Notes: a model not told the origin generated them from the letters alone. A DNA stretch of 64,000 bases from an uncultured delta proteobacterium (GCA_963755905.1 CAVWLM010000006.1:411471-475470), one strand, 5' to 3'. Shown: positions 8,561 through 18,764, counted from the first letter of the stretch. Translations and numbers: made by a program.

Positions 8561-10213
8561 ATGCGATTTTGTCCGGAATGCGGGACGCCGGTGATTCCCG
8601 GCGCAAAGTTCTGCGTGGGCTGCGGGACGCCTGTGACGGCGGTGGCCGCGAGCGCGGCCGCCGCCGTCACAGGCGTAAGCGGCGGCGTCGCCGGTACGGC
8701 GCCCGCTCCGGCGCGCCCGACGCGGGCGCCGTTCGCACCCGCGTCGGGCGCGCCGGCCGCGTCGCACTTCACGCCGGCGTTTGCCGTTGTTTTCGCGGCC
8801 ATCTTCGCGATCGGACTGGGCGCCGCCGTCTTTATCATGCGCCAGCAACCCCAACGCGAGCGCGCTCTTGCCAGCGCCGGCGCGCAGACCGCCGCGAGCG
8901 GGAACCTCCCTGCGGGCCATCCGCAAATGATAAAAATTCCGGACCAGGCGCGCAAATTTATCGACGATCTGAAGGCCAAGGCCGACGCGGCTCCAAACGA
9001 CGTTGCCGCGTGGGATCGGTTTGGTGACGCTGCTGAGCGGGCCGCGATGTTCGATTCGTCGTACTACCCGAAGGCCGAAGACGCCTACGCTCACGTTCTC
9101 AAGCTCGACCCGGAAAATCTTCCGGCGTTGCGCGGCGTGGGCAATATCGACTACGACCGCCGCCGTTACGACGAGGCGATTGCCGCCTACGAGCATTACC
9201 TGAGCCACAGGCCTGATGACTCCCGCGTGCGCACCGATTTGGGCACGATGTACCTCTCCAGCGGCAATCCCGACGTGGCGATCGTCCAGTACAAAAAAGT
9301 TGTGACCGCCCATCCCGATTTCTTCGAGGCCTATTTCAATCTCGGCGTCGCGTACGCCGAGATGGAAAACAAGCCGGCCGCCCGCAGCTACCTCGTCAAA
9401 GCGCGCACGCTCGCGCCTGATGACAAGGCCAGGGGAGAAATCGATCAGATGCTCGCGACCATCGATGCCCATGGAGGGCAAGGCGAGACCGCGGCCACCT
9501 CGGGCGGCAATGCCGCAACGGTCGTGGCCGACGGCGATACCACAACCTTCCACGGCGCGTTCGAGCAGATGGCCCGGGGGCTCGCGATCGCGGGTCCTAA
9601 GGTCCACGGCGTGCAATGGACCGGTGACAACCACGCGCGCCTGCTGATGGACGACTTTCCGATGGACCAGATGCCGCCGTTTGCGGAGGCGCGCTTTCTC
9701 GGCGATTTGAAATCCGGGACCGCCGACGCAATGAGATCGCATCACGTGCAAGGGCCGGTCACGGTCGAGATTGCCGACGCTTCGAGCAACCGCTTGATGC
9801 AGTCGGTGACGGTCAACGCCACGGATGCTCCAGCGGCCAGTGACGCTGCGGGGGCCGCTCCCGTGGCGGCCGCTCCCGGAGAATCGGGGCAATCGCCCGC
9901 CGCGCCGTCCGCATCGTCAGTGGCTTCCGGTTCATCTGGGAGTTTCCAGGATGCGGTGGCCGCCATGATGCGCAACCTGCCGGTCGCCGGACCGAAGGTC
10001 AGCGCCGTGCAATGGCCTTCGACGATGCGAGCGAAGGTGATGATGGACAACTTTCCGATGGACGCGATGCCGCCGTTTGCGCGGGACAAGTTCATCGCGG
10101 ACATCAAGTCCGGACTCGAGAGCGCCAAAAGCTCTCACAAAGTCGCGGGTATGGTAACGGTCGATATCGCGGACGCTCAGAGCGGCCGCGTGATGGAATC
10201 CGTTAGCCAGTAA
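8561..10213 (+). CDS. Zinc-ribbon + TM + TPR protein with a duplicated C-terminal domain (CcmI/CycH-like N-half)
   Basis: MRFCPECG...FCVGCG zinc ribbon, TM helix FAVVFAAIFAIGLGAAVFIM, LPAGHP, about 4 TPRs, two ~88-aa repeats. Confidence 0.85.
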   Translation: MRFCPECGTPVIPGAKFCVGCGTPVTAVAASAAAAVTGVSGGVAGTAPAPARPTRAPFAPASGAPAASHFTPAFAVVFAAIFAIGLGAAVFIMRQQPQRERALASAGAQTAASGNLPAGHPQMIKIPDQARKFIDDLKAKADAAPNDVAAWDRFGDAAERAAMFDSSYYPKAEDAYAHVLKLDPENLPALRGVGNIDYDRRRYDEAIAAYEHYLSHRPDDSRVRTDLGTMYLSSGNPDVAIVQYKKVVTAHPDFFEAYFNLGVAYAEMENKPAARSYLVKARTLAPDDKARGEIDQMLATIDAHGGQGETAATSGGNAATVVADGDTTTFHGAFEQMARGLAIAGPKVHGVQWTGDNHARLLMDDFPMDQMPPFAEARFLGDLKSGTADAMRSHHVQGPVTVEIADASSNRLMQSVTVNATDAPAASDAAGAAPVAAAPGESGQSPAAPSASSVASGSSGSFQDAVAAMMRNLPVAGPKVSAVQWPSTMRAKVMMDNFPMDAMPPFARDKFIADIKSGLESAKSSHKVAGMVTVDIADAQSGRVMESVSQ

Positions 10214-10357
10214 GCGTCTGGGCCGTGTGATTCGGACCGATCCGGCATCCAGGAAACGGCTGTCGAAACCGAAGATCTGGAAACCAATCTCAGCCTGGCA
10301 CAGCGGTTTCAGCAGATCCGCGTGCGCAGGTTTCCGCCGAGGCTAGGAGGTCAACCC

Positions 10358-10753
10358 ATGAGCGGCTTCAAGCAATTTCTGCTGCGCGGCAACGTTATCG
10401 ACATGGCGGTCGGAATCGTGGTCGGCGCCGCCTTTGGTACGGTCGTGTCCGCTTTCGTGAAGGACTTGCTGACGCCCTTTATCGCCGCGGTCGTGCGCAA
10501 GCCTGATTTTTCCGGGATCGCGCTAACGCTGAACAGCAGCAAGTTCATGATCGGCGACTTCATTAACCAGTTGATCTCTTTCGTGATCGTGGCGGCGGCG
10601 GTCTACTTCGCGGTCGTGCTGCCGGTGAACAAACTGATGTCCCGCTTCGAGCGACCGGCCGCGCCGACCACTATGACCTGCCCGGAATGCCTGAGCGAGA
10701 TTCCGATCGGCGCGAAACGCTGCGCTCATTGCACCTCGGTCATCGCGGCCTGA
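10358..10753 (+). CDS. mscL: Large-conductance mechanosensitive channel with a C-terminal zinc ribbon
   Basis: FKQFLLRGNVIDMAVGIVVGAAF signature; C-terminal CPEC...CAHC; AGGAGG RBS. Confidence 0.95.
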   Translation: MSGFKQFLLRGNVIDMAVGIVVGAAFGTVVSAFVKDLLTPFIAAVVRKPDFSGIALTLNSSKFMIGDFINQLISFVIVAAAVYFAVVLPVNKLMSRFERPAAPTTMTCPECLSEIPIGAKRCAHCTSVIAA

Positions 10754-10868
10754 AGAGAGATCACGGGTTTCCCGACTCCACGGCGCGCCGGAGGGCCGAT
10801 ATGGTGCAGCGAATAGTATTCTGCGGGCTGCTGTCCAATCGTGCTTTGGAGACTCGAACAGACTATAG

Positions 10869-11447
10869 CTATGCGAACAGCCGGTTCTCGCGCGGCCACG
10901 GCGGCGAATCCCTGATCGCCCCGAGCACCTGCTCGGGTTCCGCGACCACCTTCCACATCGCGCGATGGCGCTGATCCATGAAGCGGCGCTCGATTGAACT
11001 CTCGAGGAGCTCTACGAGCGGGCGGTAAAAGTCTTCCGTATTGACGATAACGATCGCTCCACCATAGAGCCCCAGCCGCTTCCAGGTTATCGCCTCGAAC
11101 AATTCCTCGAACGTGCCGCATCCGCCAGGCAATGCGACGACCGCGTCGACGGAGTCGATCATCAGCCGTTTACGCTCATGCATGTCGTTAACGATCAGGA
11201 GTTCGGAGAGTCCGCGATGCGCCCATTCGAGATCATGCATGAAAGACGGAATCACGCCGATTACTCGGCCGCCCGCGGCCAGCGCGGCGTCGGCCAGATG
11301 GCCCATCGATCCTACGCTGCCGCCGCCGTACACGATGGTGCAGCCGGCCCGTGCCAACTCCTGGCCCAGCCGTGCGGCGGCCCGATAGTAAACCGGGTCG
11401 CACTGACGACTCGACGCGCAGTAAACGCATACTCGCATGTTCGCCAT
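10869..11447 (-). CDS. LOG family (TIGR00730) nucleotide phosphoribohydrolase
   Basis: VCVYCASS, VYGGGSVGSMG, MHERK, PGGCGTFEE. Confidence 0.93.
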   Translation of the reverse strand: MANMRVCVYCASSRQCDPVYYRAAARLGQELARAGCTIVYGGGSVGSMGHLADAALAAGGRVIGVIPSFMHDLEWAHRGLSELLIVNDMHERKRLMIDSVDAVVALPGGCGTFEELFEAITWKRLGLYGGAIVIVNTEDFYRPLVELLESSIERRFMDQRHRAMWKVVAEPEQVLGAIRDSPPWPRENRLFA

Positions 11448-11587
11448 GTCCGGATATGGTAGCCGACTTGCCGGGGGCCGGACAGCCGGTCCGTCCAGCT
11501 AATGTCACGCAATATGCACAATTTCCGCCGCGGTGGTTTATGCTGGCTCGGTCCGTTCAGTCGTGATAAATCGCGGGGTAGGGGCAC

Positions 11588-12394
11588 ATGGAACGGGCAC
11601 GCATCAACGGAGTCGAGCTGGCTTACGCGCTTCGCGGAAATGGTCCGCCGCTGGTGATGATTCATGGCGCGCAGGGTGACCAGACGATGTTTGCCGACCT
11701 CGCATCCGGATGCGCCGCCAGCTTCCGCGTGCTCACGTTCGATCAACGCGGCTCTGGATTGAGTGAGAAACCGGATATCGATTACAGCATCGCGATGCTG
11801 GCGGACGACACTGCCGCGCTGATGGGCCATCTGGGATTTTTCCCGGCACATGTCGTCGGAGTTTCGATGGGCGGGATGATCGCGCAGGAGCTGGCGCTAC
11901 GCCATCCGGAGAAAGTTCGTTCGCTGGTTTTGGGATGCACCACGCCCGGCGGACCGAACGAGATTCGCGCCACAGGGAACGCGATGGCCGGCGCATATTC
12001 CCTTCAACCGATGTCGGCAGAAGAGCGGGGCGCGGCGCTGGCCCAGGCGGTTTACAGCAGGGGACATCTCGCGCGGCATCCCGAGATTGTTACGGCTATG
12101 ATCGAATCGCGGCGTCAGCGGCCGATCGATCCGGTTGCGCTCGGGCATCGGATGAAAGCGCTTTCCACGCATGACACCTACGATCGCCTGGCCAGGATCG
12201 GTTGTCCGACGCTGGTAATCACCGGCAAAGACGACGCGCTCATCTCGTGGGAAAACTCGCGCCTGCTGTCGGAGCGAATCCCCGGGGTCGCGCTGGAAAT
12301 CCTCGATCCCGCCGGCCATTGTTTCTGGCTCGAACGTCCCGAAGAGTCCCGGGATGCAATCGTGCGTTTTCTTCAGCGTGTGGATCGTGAATAG
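11588..12394 (+). CDS. Alpha/beta fold hydrolase
   Basis: MIHG, FDQRGSGLS, GVSMGG nucleophile elbow, GKDD, AGH. Confidence 0.93.
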   Translation: MERARINGVELAYALRGNGPPLVMIHGAQGDQTMFADLASGCAASFRVLTFDQRGSGLSEKPDIDYSIAMLADDTAALMGHLGFFPAHVVGVSMGGMIAQELALRHPEKVRSLVLGCTTPGGPNEIRATGNAMAGAYSLQPMSAEERGAALAQAVYSRGHLARHPEIVTAMIESRRQRPIDPVALGHRMKALSTHDTYDRLARIGCPTLVITGKDDALISWENSRLLSERIPGVALEILDPAGHCFWLERPEESRDAIVRFLQRVDRE

Positions 12395-12436
12395 GGGAGC
12401 AAATCTGGAGTCCTGACTCCCGTCCCCAGACAGCTC

Positions 12437-13942
12437 CTAGTGTCCGCCCGCCATCAGCAATCCCAGCCGCGACGGGTCACGCTCGTCGGCTGCCAGCGCG
12501 CGCACGCGGCCGCGGTTAATTACGGCCAGCCGTCCGCATAACGCGATCAGCTCGTCGAGATCGCTCGAGATGAGCAGCACCGCACCGCCCTCTCCTGCGA
12601 ACGCAGTCAGCATCCGATGCACCTCGGCGGTGGCGGCAAGGTCGAGCCCGCGGGTGATATTGTGCGCGACCAGCACGCGCGGACGGCTCTCCAGCGCGCG
12701 CGCCACGCAGAGCCGCTGCCGATTGCCTCCGGAAAGCTCGGCCGCGAGCGCCTGCGGACCGGCGGCCCGGATGTGAAAGCGTTCGAGCAGCCTCGCGCAA
12801 AGCGTAGCCGGGCGGGACGCACTGAGCCATCCTAAACGCCCGCACGCGCGATCGAGCAGCGGACGCGCGAGCAGCAGGTTCTCCCACAGCGGCATTTCGA
12901 GGACCAGGCCGTCGAGGTCGCGGTTCTCCGGAATGACGGCGATCGCCCCGCCGCCGGAACCTTCCGCGCCCGGCGCACCGAGGCGAATCAGTCCATTGCT
13001 CGGACGGCGCACCCCGGCTAATGCGTCAACCAAATCGCTCTGGCCGTTGCCGTCGACGCCCGCGATCCCGACAATCTCGCCCGCGGCGACCGCGAGGTTG
13101 ACGCTGTCGAGCGCGCGCCATCCGTCCCGCTCGACCGTCAGGTCTTTTATTTCGAACGCGACCCCGCGGGCCGCTCCCGTCGCCGGCGCACTCTCGGGTG
13201 GCGGCAGCAGGTCGCCAATCATCAGCAACGCCAGTTCGGGCTCGGTGACCTCGCCGCGGGCGCGATGCGCCACGACCCGCCCGCGACGGAGCACGGTTAT
13301 GCGGTCGGCGACGGCGAGCGCCTCGGCGAGCTTGTGGGTGACCAGGATGACGATACGTCCCTCGGCGCGCAACCGGCGCAGCACGTCGAGGAACGCCAGC
13401 AACTCGCCCGGCGCGAGCAGGCCGGTCGGCTCGTCGAGGATCAGGACGCGGGGTTCGAAGCTGAGCGCGCGCAGGACTTCCATCCGCACCCGCTCGGCCA
13501 TCGAACGCCGCTCCATCCGCACTCCCGGCGCCGGCAACGCGAAGCCCAGCCGCGCCGCCATCGCGGCCGCCCGCGCCGCTACTTCACGCAGGTCGATTGC
13601 GAAGGCCGCGCGACCGGAGCGGGTGATGCCCGCTCCAAAACCGCCGAGCGCGAGATTTTCTTCCCACGTCATCCGCTCGAACAGCATCGGGCTCTGATGA
13701 ACCGCGGCGACGCCGGCGGCCAATGCGGCGGCGGGCGAACCCGGCCGTAGCGCGCGGCCGAACAGATCGACCGAACCCGCGTCGGGGCGCAGAAGGCCGG
13801 CCAGGATGTTCATCAGCGTGGTTTTGCCCGCGCCGTTTTCGCCGAGCAGCGCCACGATTTCGCCCGGGCGCGCCTCGAAGTCGACGCCGTCGAGCGCCAG
13901 GACCGGACCAAAGCGGCGCGTGATGTGGCGGGCGGTGAGCAT
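12437..13942 (-). CDS. Sugar/nucleoside ABC transporter ATP-binding protein (two ABC domains)
   Basis: Walker A GENGAGKTT, LILDEPT, second domain GVDGNGQ, LSGGNRQR, TRGLD, ISSDLDE. Confidence 0.92.
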   Translation of the reverse strand: MLTARHITRRFGPVLALDGVDFEARPGEIVALLGENGAGKTTLMNILAGLLRPDAGSVDLFGRALRPGSPAAALAAGVAAVHQSPMLFERMTWEENLALGGFGAGITRSGRAAFAIDLREVAARAAAMAARLGFALPAPGVRMERRSMAERVRMEVLRALSFEPRVLILDEPTGLLAPGELLAFLDVLRRLRAEGRIVILVTHKLAEALAVADRITVLRRGRVVAHRARGEVTEPELALLMIGDLLPPPESAPATGAARGVAFEIKDLTVERDGWRALDSVNLAVAAGEIVGIAGVDGNGQSDLVDALAGVRRPSNGLIRLGAPGAEGSGGGAIAVIPENRDLDGLVLEMPLWENLLLARPLLDRACGRLGWLSASRPATLCARLLERFHIRAAGPQALAAELSGGNRQRLCVARALESRPRVLVAHNITRGLDLAATAEVHRMLTAFAGEGGAVLLISSDLDELIALCGRLAVINRGRVRALAADERDPSRLGLLMAGGH

Positions 13943-13959
13943 CGGCCGGGGCGCGCGTA

Positions 13960-15294
13960 TCAGGCGGGAAGCGGAGGGCCGTAGCGTGTCCGCACGTAGT
14001 CGATCGCGTCATCGCGAGAGACCAGCGCGCCGTCGAGTTGAAGATCCTCGACGTCCTTGAGGATCGATTTGAAATGCGGCCCCGGCGCAAAACCCATCGC
14101 GATCAAGTCGTTGCCGCTAAGCAGGCGGGGCGGCCGAATTTCCTCGCGGCCCATCGCGCCGAGCGCCCGCGCGCAGAAATGGTAGAAGCCGAGGTTGGAG
14201 CTGGAGGCAAGCGAGTCCAGCCGCGAGAGTTCGAGCAACTCGCCGAAGCCGTCCTCGGCCAGCATCCGCTTGAGCGTGGCCCGGCGCATCCGCGGCGCCA
14301 TGACCAGGCGCAGATGATTGCGCACCAGGTAGGCGACGCGTTCCTGCACGAAGCGCGAGCGCCGCATCCGCCGCATGATTCCTTCGGCCATCTCAGCGCC
14401 CTGGTCGGTATGCCCGTAGAAGGTCACCTTGTCGCCGTTCTCAGCGCGGCATTGCGGCTTGGCGACGTCGTGCAGCAGCACGCCGAACGCGAGTGTCTCG
14501 GCGCATCCGGCCTCCAGCATCGAGAGCGCCAGGCAGGTATGACGGTAAACGTCGCCTTCGGGATGAAAGTTGGCGGGCTGCTCGCATCCGATCATCGGCA
14601 GCACCTCGGGCATCACGACCTCCAGCAGACCGCTCTCGCGCATCAGTTCGACACCGCGCGCGACGTGGCCGTTGGTCATTATCGCGACGACTTCCTCGCC
14701 GATACGCTCGGCGGCGATAGTGGCGACCTTGGGAGCGGCCCGGCGCATCGCGGCCCAGGTGGCGGGATCGATCTCGAAGTTGAGCCGGGTGGCGAAGCGT
14801 ACCGCGCGCAGGACCCGAAGATGGTCCTCCTGGAAGCGCTCGGCCGCATTGCCGATCGCGCGAATCAGGCCGGCGCGCAAATCGCGCATCCCGCCCACCA
14901 GGTCTATAGTCCGCCCGGTAGCAGGATCGAAATACATCCCGCCGATAGTGAAGTCGCGCCGGCGCGCGTCCTCCTCGACCGTGCCGAAGCGCACCGCCGA
15001 GGGATGGCGCCCGTCGACGTAGGGCGCGTCGGCGCGGAAGGTGGCGACCTCGAAGGCGTCGCCGTCGATGACCACGAGGATCACACCGAAACGCGCGCCG
15101 ACGCCGACGGTGTTATCGAACAATCCTTGGACGACTTCGGGGCGCGCGTCGGTCGCGATATCGTAATCCTTCGCCGCGACGCCGAGCACGCGGTCGCGCA
15201 CGCATCCGCCGGCAAGGTAGGCGACGAATCCCCGCTCGCGCAGACGGTCGATTATCGCCAGTGCCTTCTTTTCCTTTTCGACACTCATGGCCAT
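13960..15294 (-). CDS. cca: CCA tRNA nucleotidyltransferase (class II) with HD domain
   Basis: GGCVRD...DYDIAT, RRDFTI, EDHLRVLRAVRF, HPEGDV...LLHD; CCA versus poly(A) or CC/A specificity cannot be proven from sequence alone. Confidence 0.85.
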   Translation of the reverse strand: MAMSVEKEKKALAIIDRLRERGFVAYLAGGCVRDRVLGVAAKDYDIATDARPEVVQGLFDNTVGVGARFGVILVVIDGDAFEVATFRADAPYVDGRHPSAVRFGTVEEDARRRDFTIGGMYFDPATGRTIDLVGGMRDLRAGLIRAIGNAAERFQEDHLRVLRAVRFATRLNFEIDPATWAAMRRAAPKVATIAAERIGEEVVAIMTNGHVARGVELMRESGLLEVVMPEVLPMIGCEQPANFHPEGDVYRHTCLALSMLEAGCAETLAFGVLLHDVAKPQCRAENGDKVTFYGHTDQGAEMAEGIMRRMRRSRFVQERVAYLVRNHLRLVMAPRMRRATLKRMLAEDGFGELLELSRLDSLASSSNLGFYHFCARALGAMGREEIRPPRLLSGNDLIAMGFAPGPHFKSILKDVEDLQLDGALVSRDDAIDYVRTRYGPPLPA

Positions 15295-15356
15295 CCGATG
15301 CGGTTTAATCTAGCCTCGCGCGCGATGCCCGGCCACGGGGTGGGCGGCGTCGCGTT

Positions 15357-16424
15357 TCACGCGAACGATGACGGCGGGCGCCCGCTGTAGCTGCGGCGGT
15401 AGACGCGGATGAGCGCGGCGAAAACGGCAATCACCGCGGGGCCGGCGAACAGGCCGAGCAGCCCATAGACCTCCAATCCGCCGGTGATGCCGAAGAAGAG
15501 CGCAACGGCGGGCAATCCGCTGCCCTGCCCGATCGTGAGGGGCTTCAGGAGGTTGTCGATTAGTCCGACCACGAGCAGGTCCCACACCAGCATCCCCACC
15601 CCCCAGGCCGTCCCGGCCGTGAACCAAAGATAGATCACCACCGGAACCCAGACGAAGGCGGTGCCGCCGAGCGGCAACAGCGCCGCCGCGCCGGAGGCTG
15701 CTCCGAGCAGTAGCGAGTAGGGTACGCCGCTTACCATGTAGCCGAGGCCGAGGAGCACGCCCTCGAGCAGCGCGGTCAACAGCAACCCACGCATCGTGGC
15801 GGAGAGAATCGCGCGCAGAGTCTCGAACACCATCGTCTTGTCTTCTTCGGGTAGAGGCGTCAGACCCCGGACGAATTCTAAATAGTCTTCGCCGTCGCGC
15901 AGCAGATAAAAGAAGCTCAGCAGCATCATTACGACGTCGAAGACGAACGTGACCAGATTGCGCGCCAGGGTTGTGGCGTTAGCGCTCATATAGCCGGTCA
16001 TGTAGGTGCTGGTGGTTTCCATCCAGCGGCGCATGTCTACGATGCGTAAACCCTTATGCTCGAGCCAGTCTTCGACCGCGGTGACGGTCCTGGAATGAAA
16101 TGCCTGGCTGCCGGCCTGTGCGAATCCGCCCTGGTGGAGCAACTGGCTCAGCGAGACCCTGGTGGCCTCAACCGCGAGCTTGCCCGAAAGCCACGCCGTC
16201 GGGACGGCGATCACAAGCGCCAGGACCGCGGTAATTAGCAGCGCCGCGGCGGTACGGTTGCGGATGAAACGCAGCAGGTGGACAAGAGCCGGATGCGCGA
16301 TGAAGGCGAGCAGCATCGCCCATACGATCGGTACGATGAAGGGGCTGAGCAGAAGGCAAAGCTCGTAACCCATCAGGGCCAGAAAGACGAAGAAGAAAAT
16401 ATGAGCGATTCGTTCGCGATCCAT
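15357..16424 (-). CDS. AI-2E family transporter
   Basis: Multi-TM; IDNLLKP, GGLEVYGLLGLFAGP motifs; ATG at 16424. Confidence 0.9.
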   Translation of the reverse strand: MDRERIAHIFFFVFLALMGYELCLLLSPFIVPIVWAMLLAFIAHPALVHLLRFIRNRTAAALLITAVLALVIAVPTAWLSGKLAVEATRVSLSQLLHQGGFAQAGSQAFHSRTVTAVEDWLEHKGLRIVDMRRWMETTSTYMTGYMSANATTLARNLVTFVFDVVMMLLSFFYLLRDGEDYLEFVRGLTPLPEEDKTMVFETLRAILSATMRGLLLTALLEGVLLGLGYMVSGVPYSLLLGAASGAAALLPLGGTAFVWVPVVIYLWFTAGTAWGVGMLVWDLLVVGLIDNLLKPLTIGQGSGLPAVALFFGITGGLEVYGLLGLFAGPAVIAVFAALIRVYRRSYSGRPPSSFA

Positions 16425-16571
16425 AGGTTGCCGCTGGAGGTTCCGTTGGCGGCAAAGCTTAGCAGATAGGCGGCGGGCGATCGCTCGCGGAGCGTTTGGT
16501 TGCTCGCGCGCTGGATATTTGTTACCGGATCGGGGTTGCGGCCGAAGCGGCCGCTTCCGAATTTGCAAAGA

Positions 16572-16646
16572 AGGCACGTAGCTCAGTGGTAGAGCACTTC
16601 CCTGACACGGAAGGGGTCGGCGGTTCAAACCCGCCCGTGCCTACCA
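16572..16646 (+). tRNA. tRNA-Val(GAC)
   Basis: AGGCACG/CGTGCCT acceptor stem, TAGCTCAGTGGTAGAGC D-arm, CTTCC-CTGACAC-GGAAG anticodon arm, GGTTCAAAC T-loop, encoded CCA. Confidence 0.97.
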
Positions 16647-16820
16647 GTATGCCTTTGCGCTATAATATGGCCATGAGTTTTCCCGGCCTCCAATTCCGCG
16701 TACGCGTACGTCCGATGATTTCGTGCGTCCATTCATGATCGCCCGTCGCCCGCCCGCAGCCACGCCGCAGATGTCGGCGTTCCGCGCCGCCAAATTCGCG
16801 CCGGCCAAGTTCACTCAGGA

Positions 16821-18764
16821 ATGAGCACGCAAGTCAGCGTATCGCTCGACGGAGAGCGTCGCAGCGTGCCACGCGGGACCACGGTCAGCGAGGTGCTGAA
16901 CGGCGCGCGCGGGCGCGAGGTCATCGCCGCGCGTCTCAACGGCAAGCTGGTCGATCTGAGCCGCCCGATCGAAGAGGACGGGACGATCGAGCCGGTGAAG
17001 ACCGACAGCCCCGAAGGTCTCGAAGTGTTGCGCCATTCGGCCGCTCATCTGATGGCCCAGGCGGTCCAGAGCCTCTATCCGGGCACGCAGGTGACGATCG
17101 GACCGACCATCGAGGACGGCTTCTTCTACGATTTCGCGCCGCCGGCGCCTTTCACAGTCGAGGATTTGCCCAAGGTCGAAGCCAGGATGCGCGAGCTGGC
17201 GAAAGCCAACCTCAAGGTCGAGCGAATCGAGGTGGCGCGCGCCGAGGCGATCGAGCGTTTCGCCGCGATGGGCGAGGACTACAAGGTCGAAATCCTAAGC
17301 GGCATCCCCGACGATCGCGTCTCCATCTATCGCCAGGGCGATTGGATGGATCTCTGCCGCGGGCCGCACGTCCCGGCGACCGGTTATATCCGTGCTTTCA
17401 AGCTGACCAGCGTGGCCGGCGCGTACTGGCGCGGCGACGAGCGCAACGCGATGCTCTCGCGGATCTACGGGACCGCGTTCGCCGGCAAGGAAGCGCTGGA
17501 CGAGCATCTGAAGCTGCTGGAGCTGGCGCGCTCGCGCGACCATCGCAAGCTCGGCCGCGAGATGGGCCTGTTCGTGTTCGATTCGATTTCGCCCGGCTCG
17601 CCGTTTTTCCTGCCCAAGGGCGCAATCATCTACAACGCGCTAATCGACTACATGCGCCGGCTGTACCGCCGCTATGGCTTCGAGGAAGTGATTACGCCGC
17701 AGGTTTTCAAGAACGAGCTGTGGCATACCTCGGGCCACTGGGACAACTTTCGCGAGAATATGTTCCTGACCACCGATCGCGAGGGCGCGGGCACCGAGCA
17801 GATCGATTCGAGTCCCGAGGGCTGGCGTAAAGGCTACGCCTTCAAGCCGATGAACTGTCCGGGCCATACCTTCGTGTATCGCTCCGAGAAGCGGTCGTAT
17901 CGGGACCTGCCGCTGCGGATCGCCGACTTCGGCCGGCTCCATCGCGCCGAGCGCTCGGGCACGCTTCACGGGCTGACGCGCGTGCGCACGATGTCGCAGG
18001 ATGACGCGCATGTCTTCTGCACTCCCGCGCAAACCGCCGGCGAGATCGACCTGAACCTCCAGATGGTGCGCGACGTCTACCAGGCGCTGGGCTTCGAGCG
18101 GCTCGAATCGAAGGTCGCGACCATGCCCGAGAAACATCTCGGGACCGAGGAGCTATGGCGTGCGAGCGAGGCGATCCTGTGCGACGCACTCGCGCGCAAC
18201 GGCCTCGACTACGAGATCAATCCGGGCGAAGGCGCGTTTTATGGGCCGAAGATCGAAATCTACGTGCCCGACGCGCTCAAACGGCGATGGCAGCTTGCCA
18301 CCATCCAGGTCGACTACAACATGCCCGAGAACTTCGGGCTGACCTTCACCAACGCCTCGAGCGCCGAGGAGCGGCCGGTGATGATCCATCGGGCGATTCT
18401 GGGATCGCTCGAACGCTTCATCGGCGTGTTGCTCGAGCATACGGGCGGGGTGCTGCCGTTTTGGCTCGCGCCCGAGCAGGCGCGAGTGCTTTCGCTCAGC
18501 GAAAAAGTCGAGGCCTACGCCGCCGAGATCGCCGGCATCCTCAAGCGCGAGGGATTGCGCGCGGCGCCCGATCTGCGCAACGAGAAGCTCGGCTTCAAGG
18601 TGCGCGAGGCCGAAATGGCCAAGGTGCCTTACATGATCGTCGTAGGCGAGCGCGAGGCTGCCGCGCGCACCGTATCGTTGCGGCTTTTGCGCGGAGCCAA
18701 GAGTGAAGTGATGGCGCTTGAAAATCTTGTGGAGCTGCTCAAAAGTGAACCGCTGCCGGGCTAG
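16821..18764 (+). CDS. thrS: Threonine--tRNA ligase
   Basis: RHSAAH, DLCRGPH, RDHRKLG, KPMNCPGH, GAFYGPK, MIHRAILGSLERF. Confidence 0.98.
   Translation: MSTQVSVSLDGERRSVPRGTTVSEVLNGARGREVIAARLNGKLVDLSRPIEEDGTIEPVKTDSPEGLEVLRHSAAHLMAQAVQSLYPGTQVTIGPTIEDGFFYDFAPPAPFTVEDLPKVEARMRELAKANLKVERIEVARAEAIERFAAMGEDYKVEILSGIPDDRVSIYRQGDWMDLCRGPHVPATGYIRAFKLTSVAGAYWRGDERNAMLSRIYGTAFAGKEALDEHLKLLELARSRDHRKLGREMGLFVFDSISPGSPFFLPKGAIIYNALIDYMRRLYRRYGFEEVITPQVFKNELWHTSGHWDNFRENMFLTTDREGAGTEQIDSSPEGWRKGYAFKPMNCPGHTFVYRSEKRSYRDLPLRIADFGRLHRAERSGTLHGLTRVRTMSQDDAHVFCTPAQTAGEIDLNLQMVRDVYQALGFERLESKVATMPEKHLGTEELWRASEAILCDALARNGLDYEINPGEGAFYGPKIEIYVPDALKRRWQLATIQVDYNMPENFGLTFTNASSAEERPVMIHRAILGSLERFIGVLLEHTGGVLPFWLAPEQARVLSLSEKVEAYAAEIAGILKREGLRAAPDLRNEKLGFKVREAEMAKVPYMIVVGEREAAARTVSLRLLRGAKSEVMALENLVELLKSEPLPG

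Noticed and set aside
14038-15390. Long antisense ORFs (also 8558-9892, 19771-21018, 30122-32041, 44465-45568)
   Set aside because: Shadow ORFs opposite well-supported genes, expected in high-GC DNA, with no motifs.
16572-16820. tRNA-Val as an integration site for an island
   Set aside because: No integrase and no duplicated tRNA 3' end in the window; thrS follows directly.
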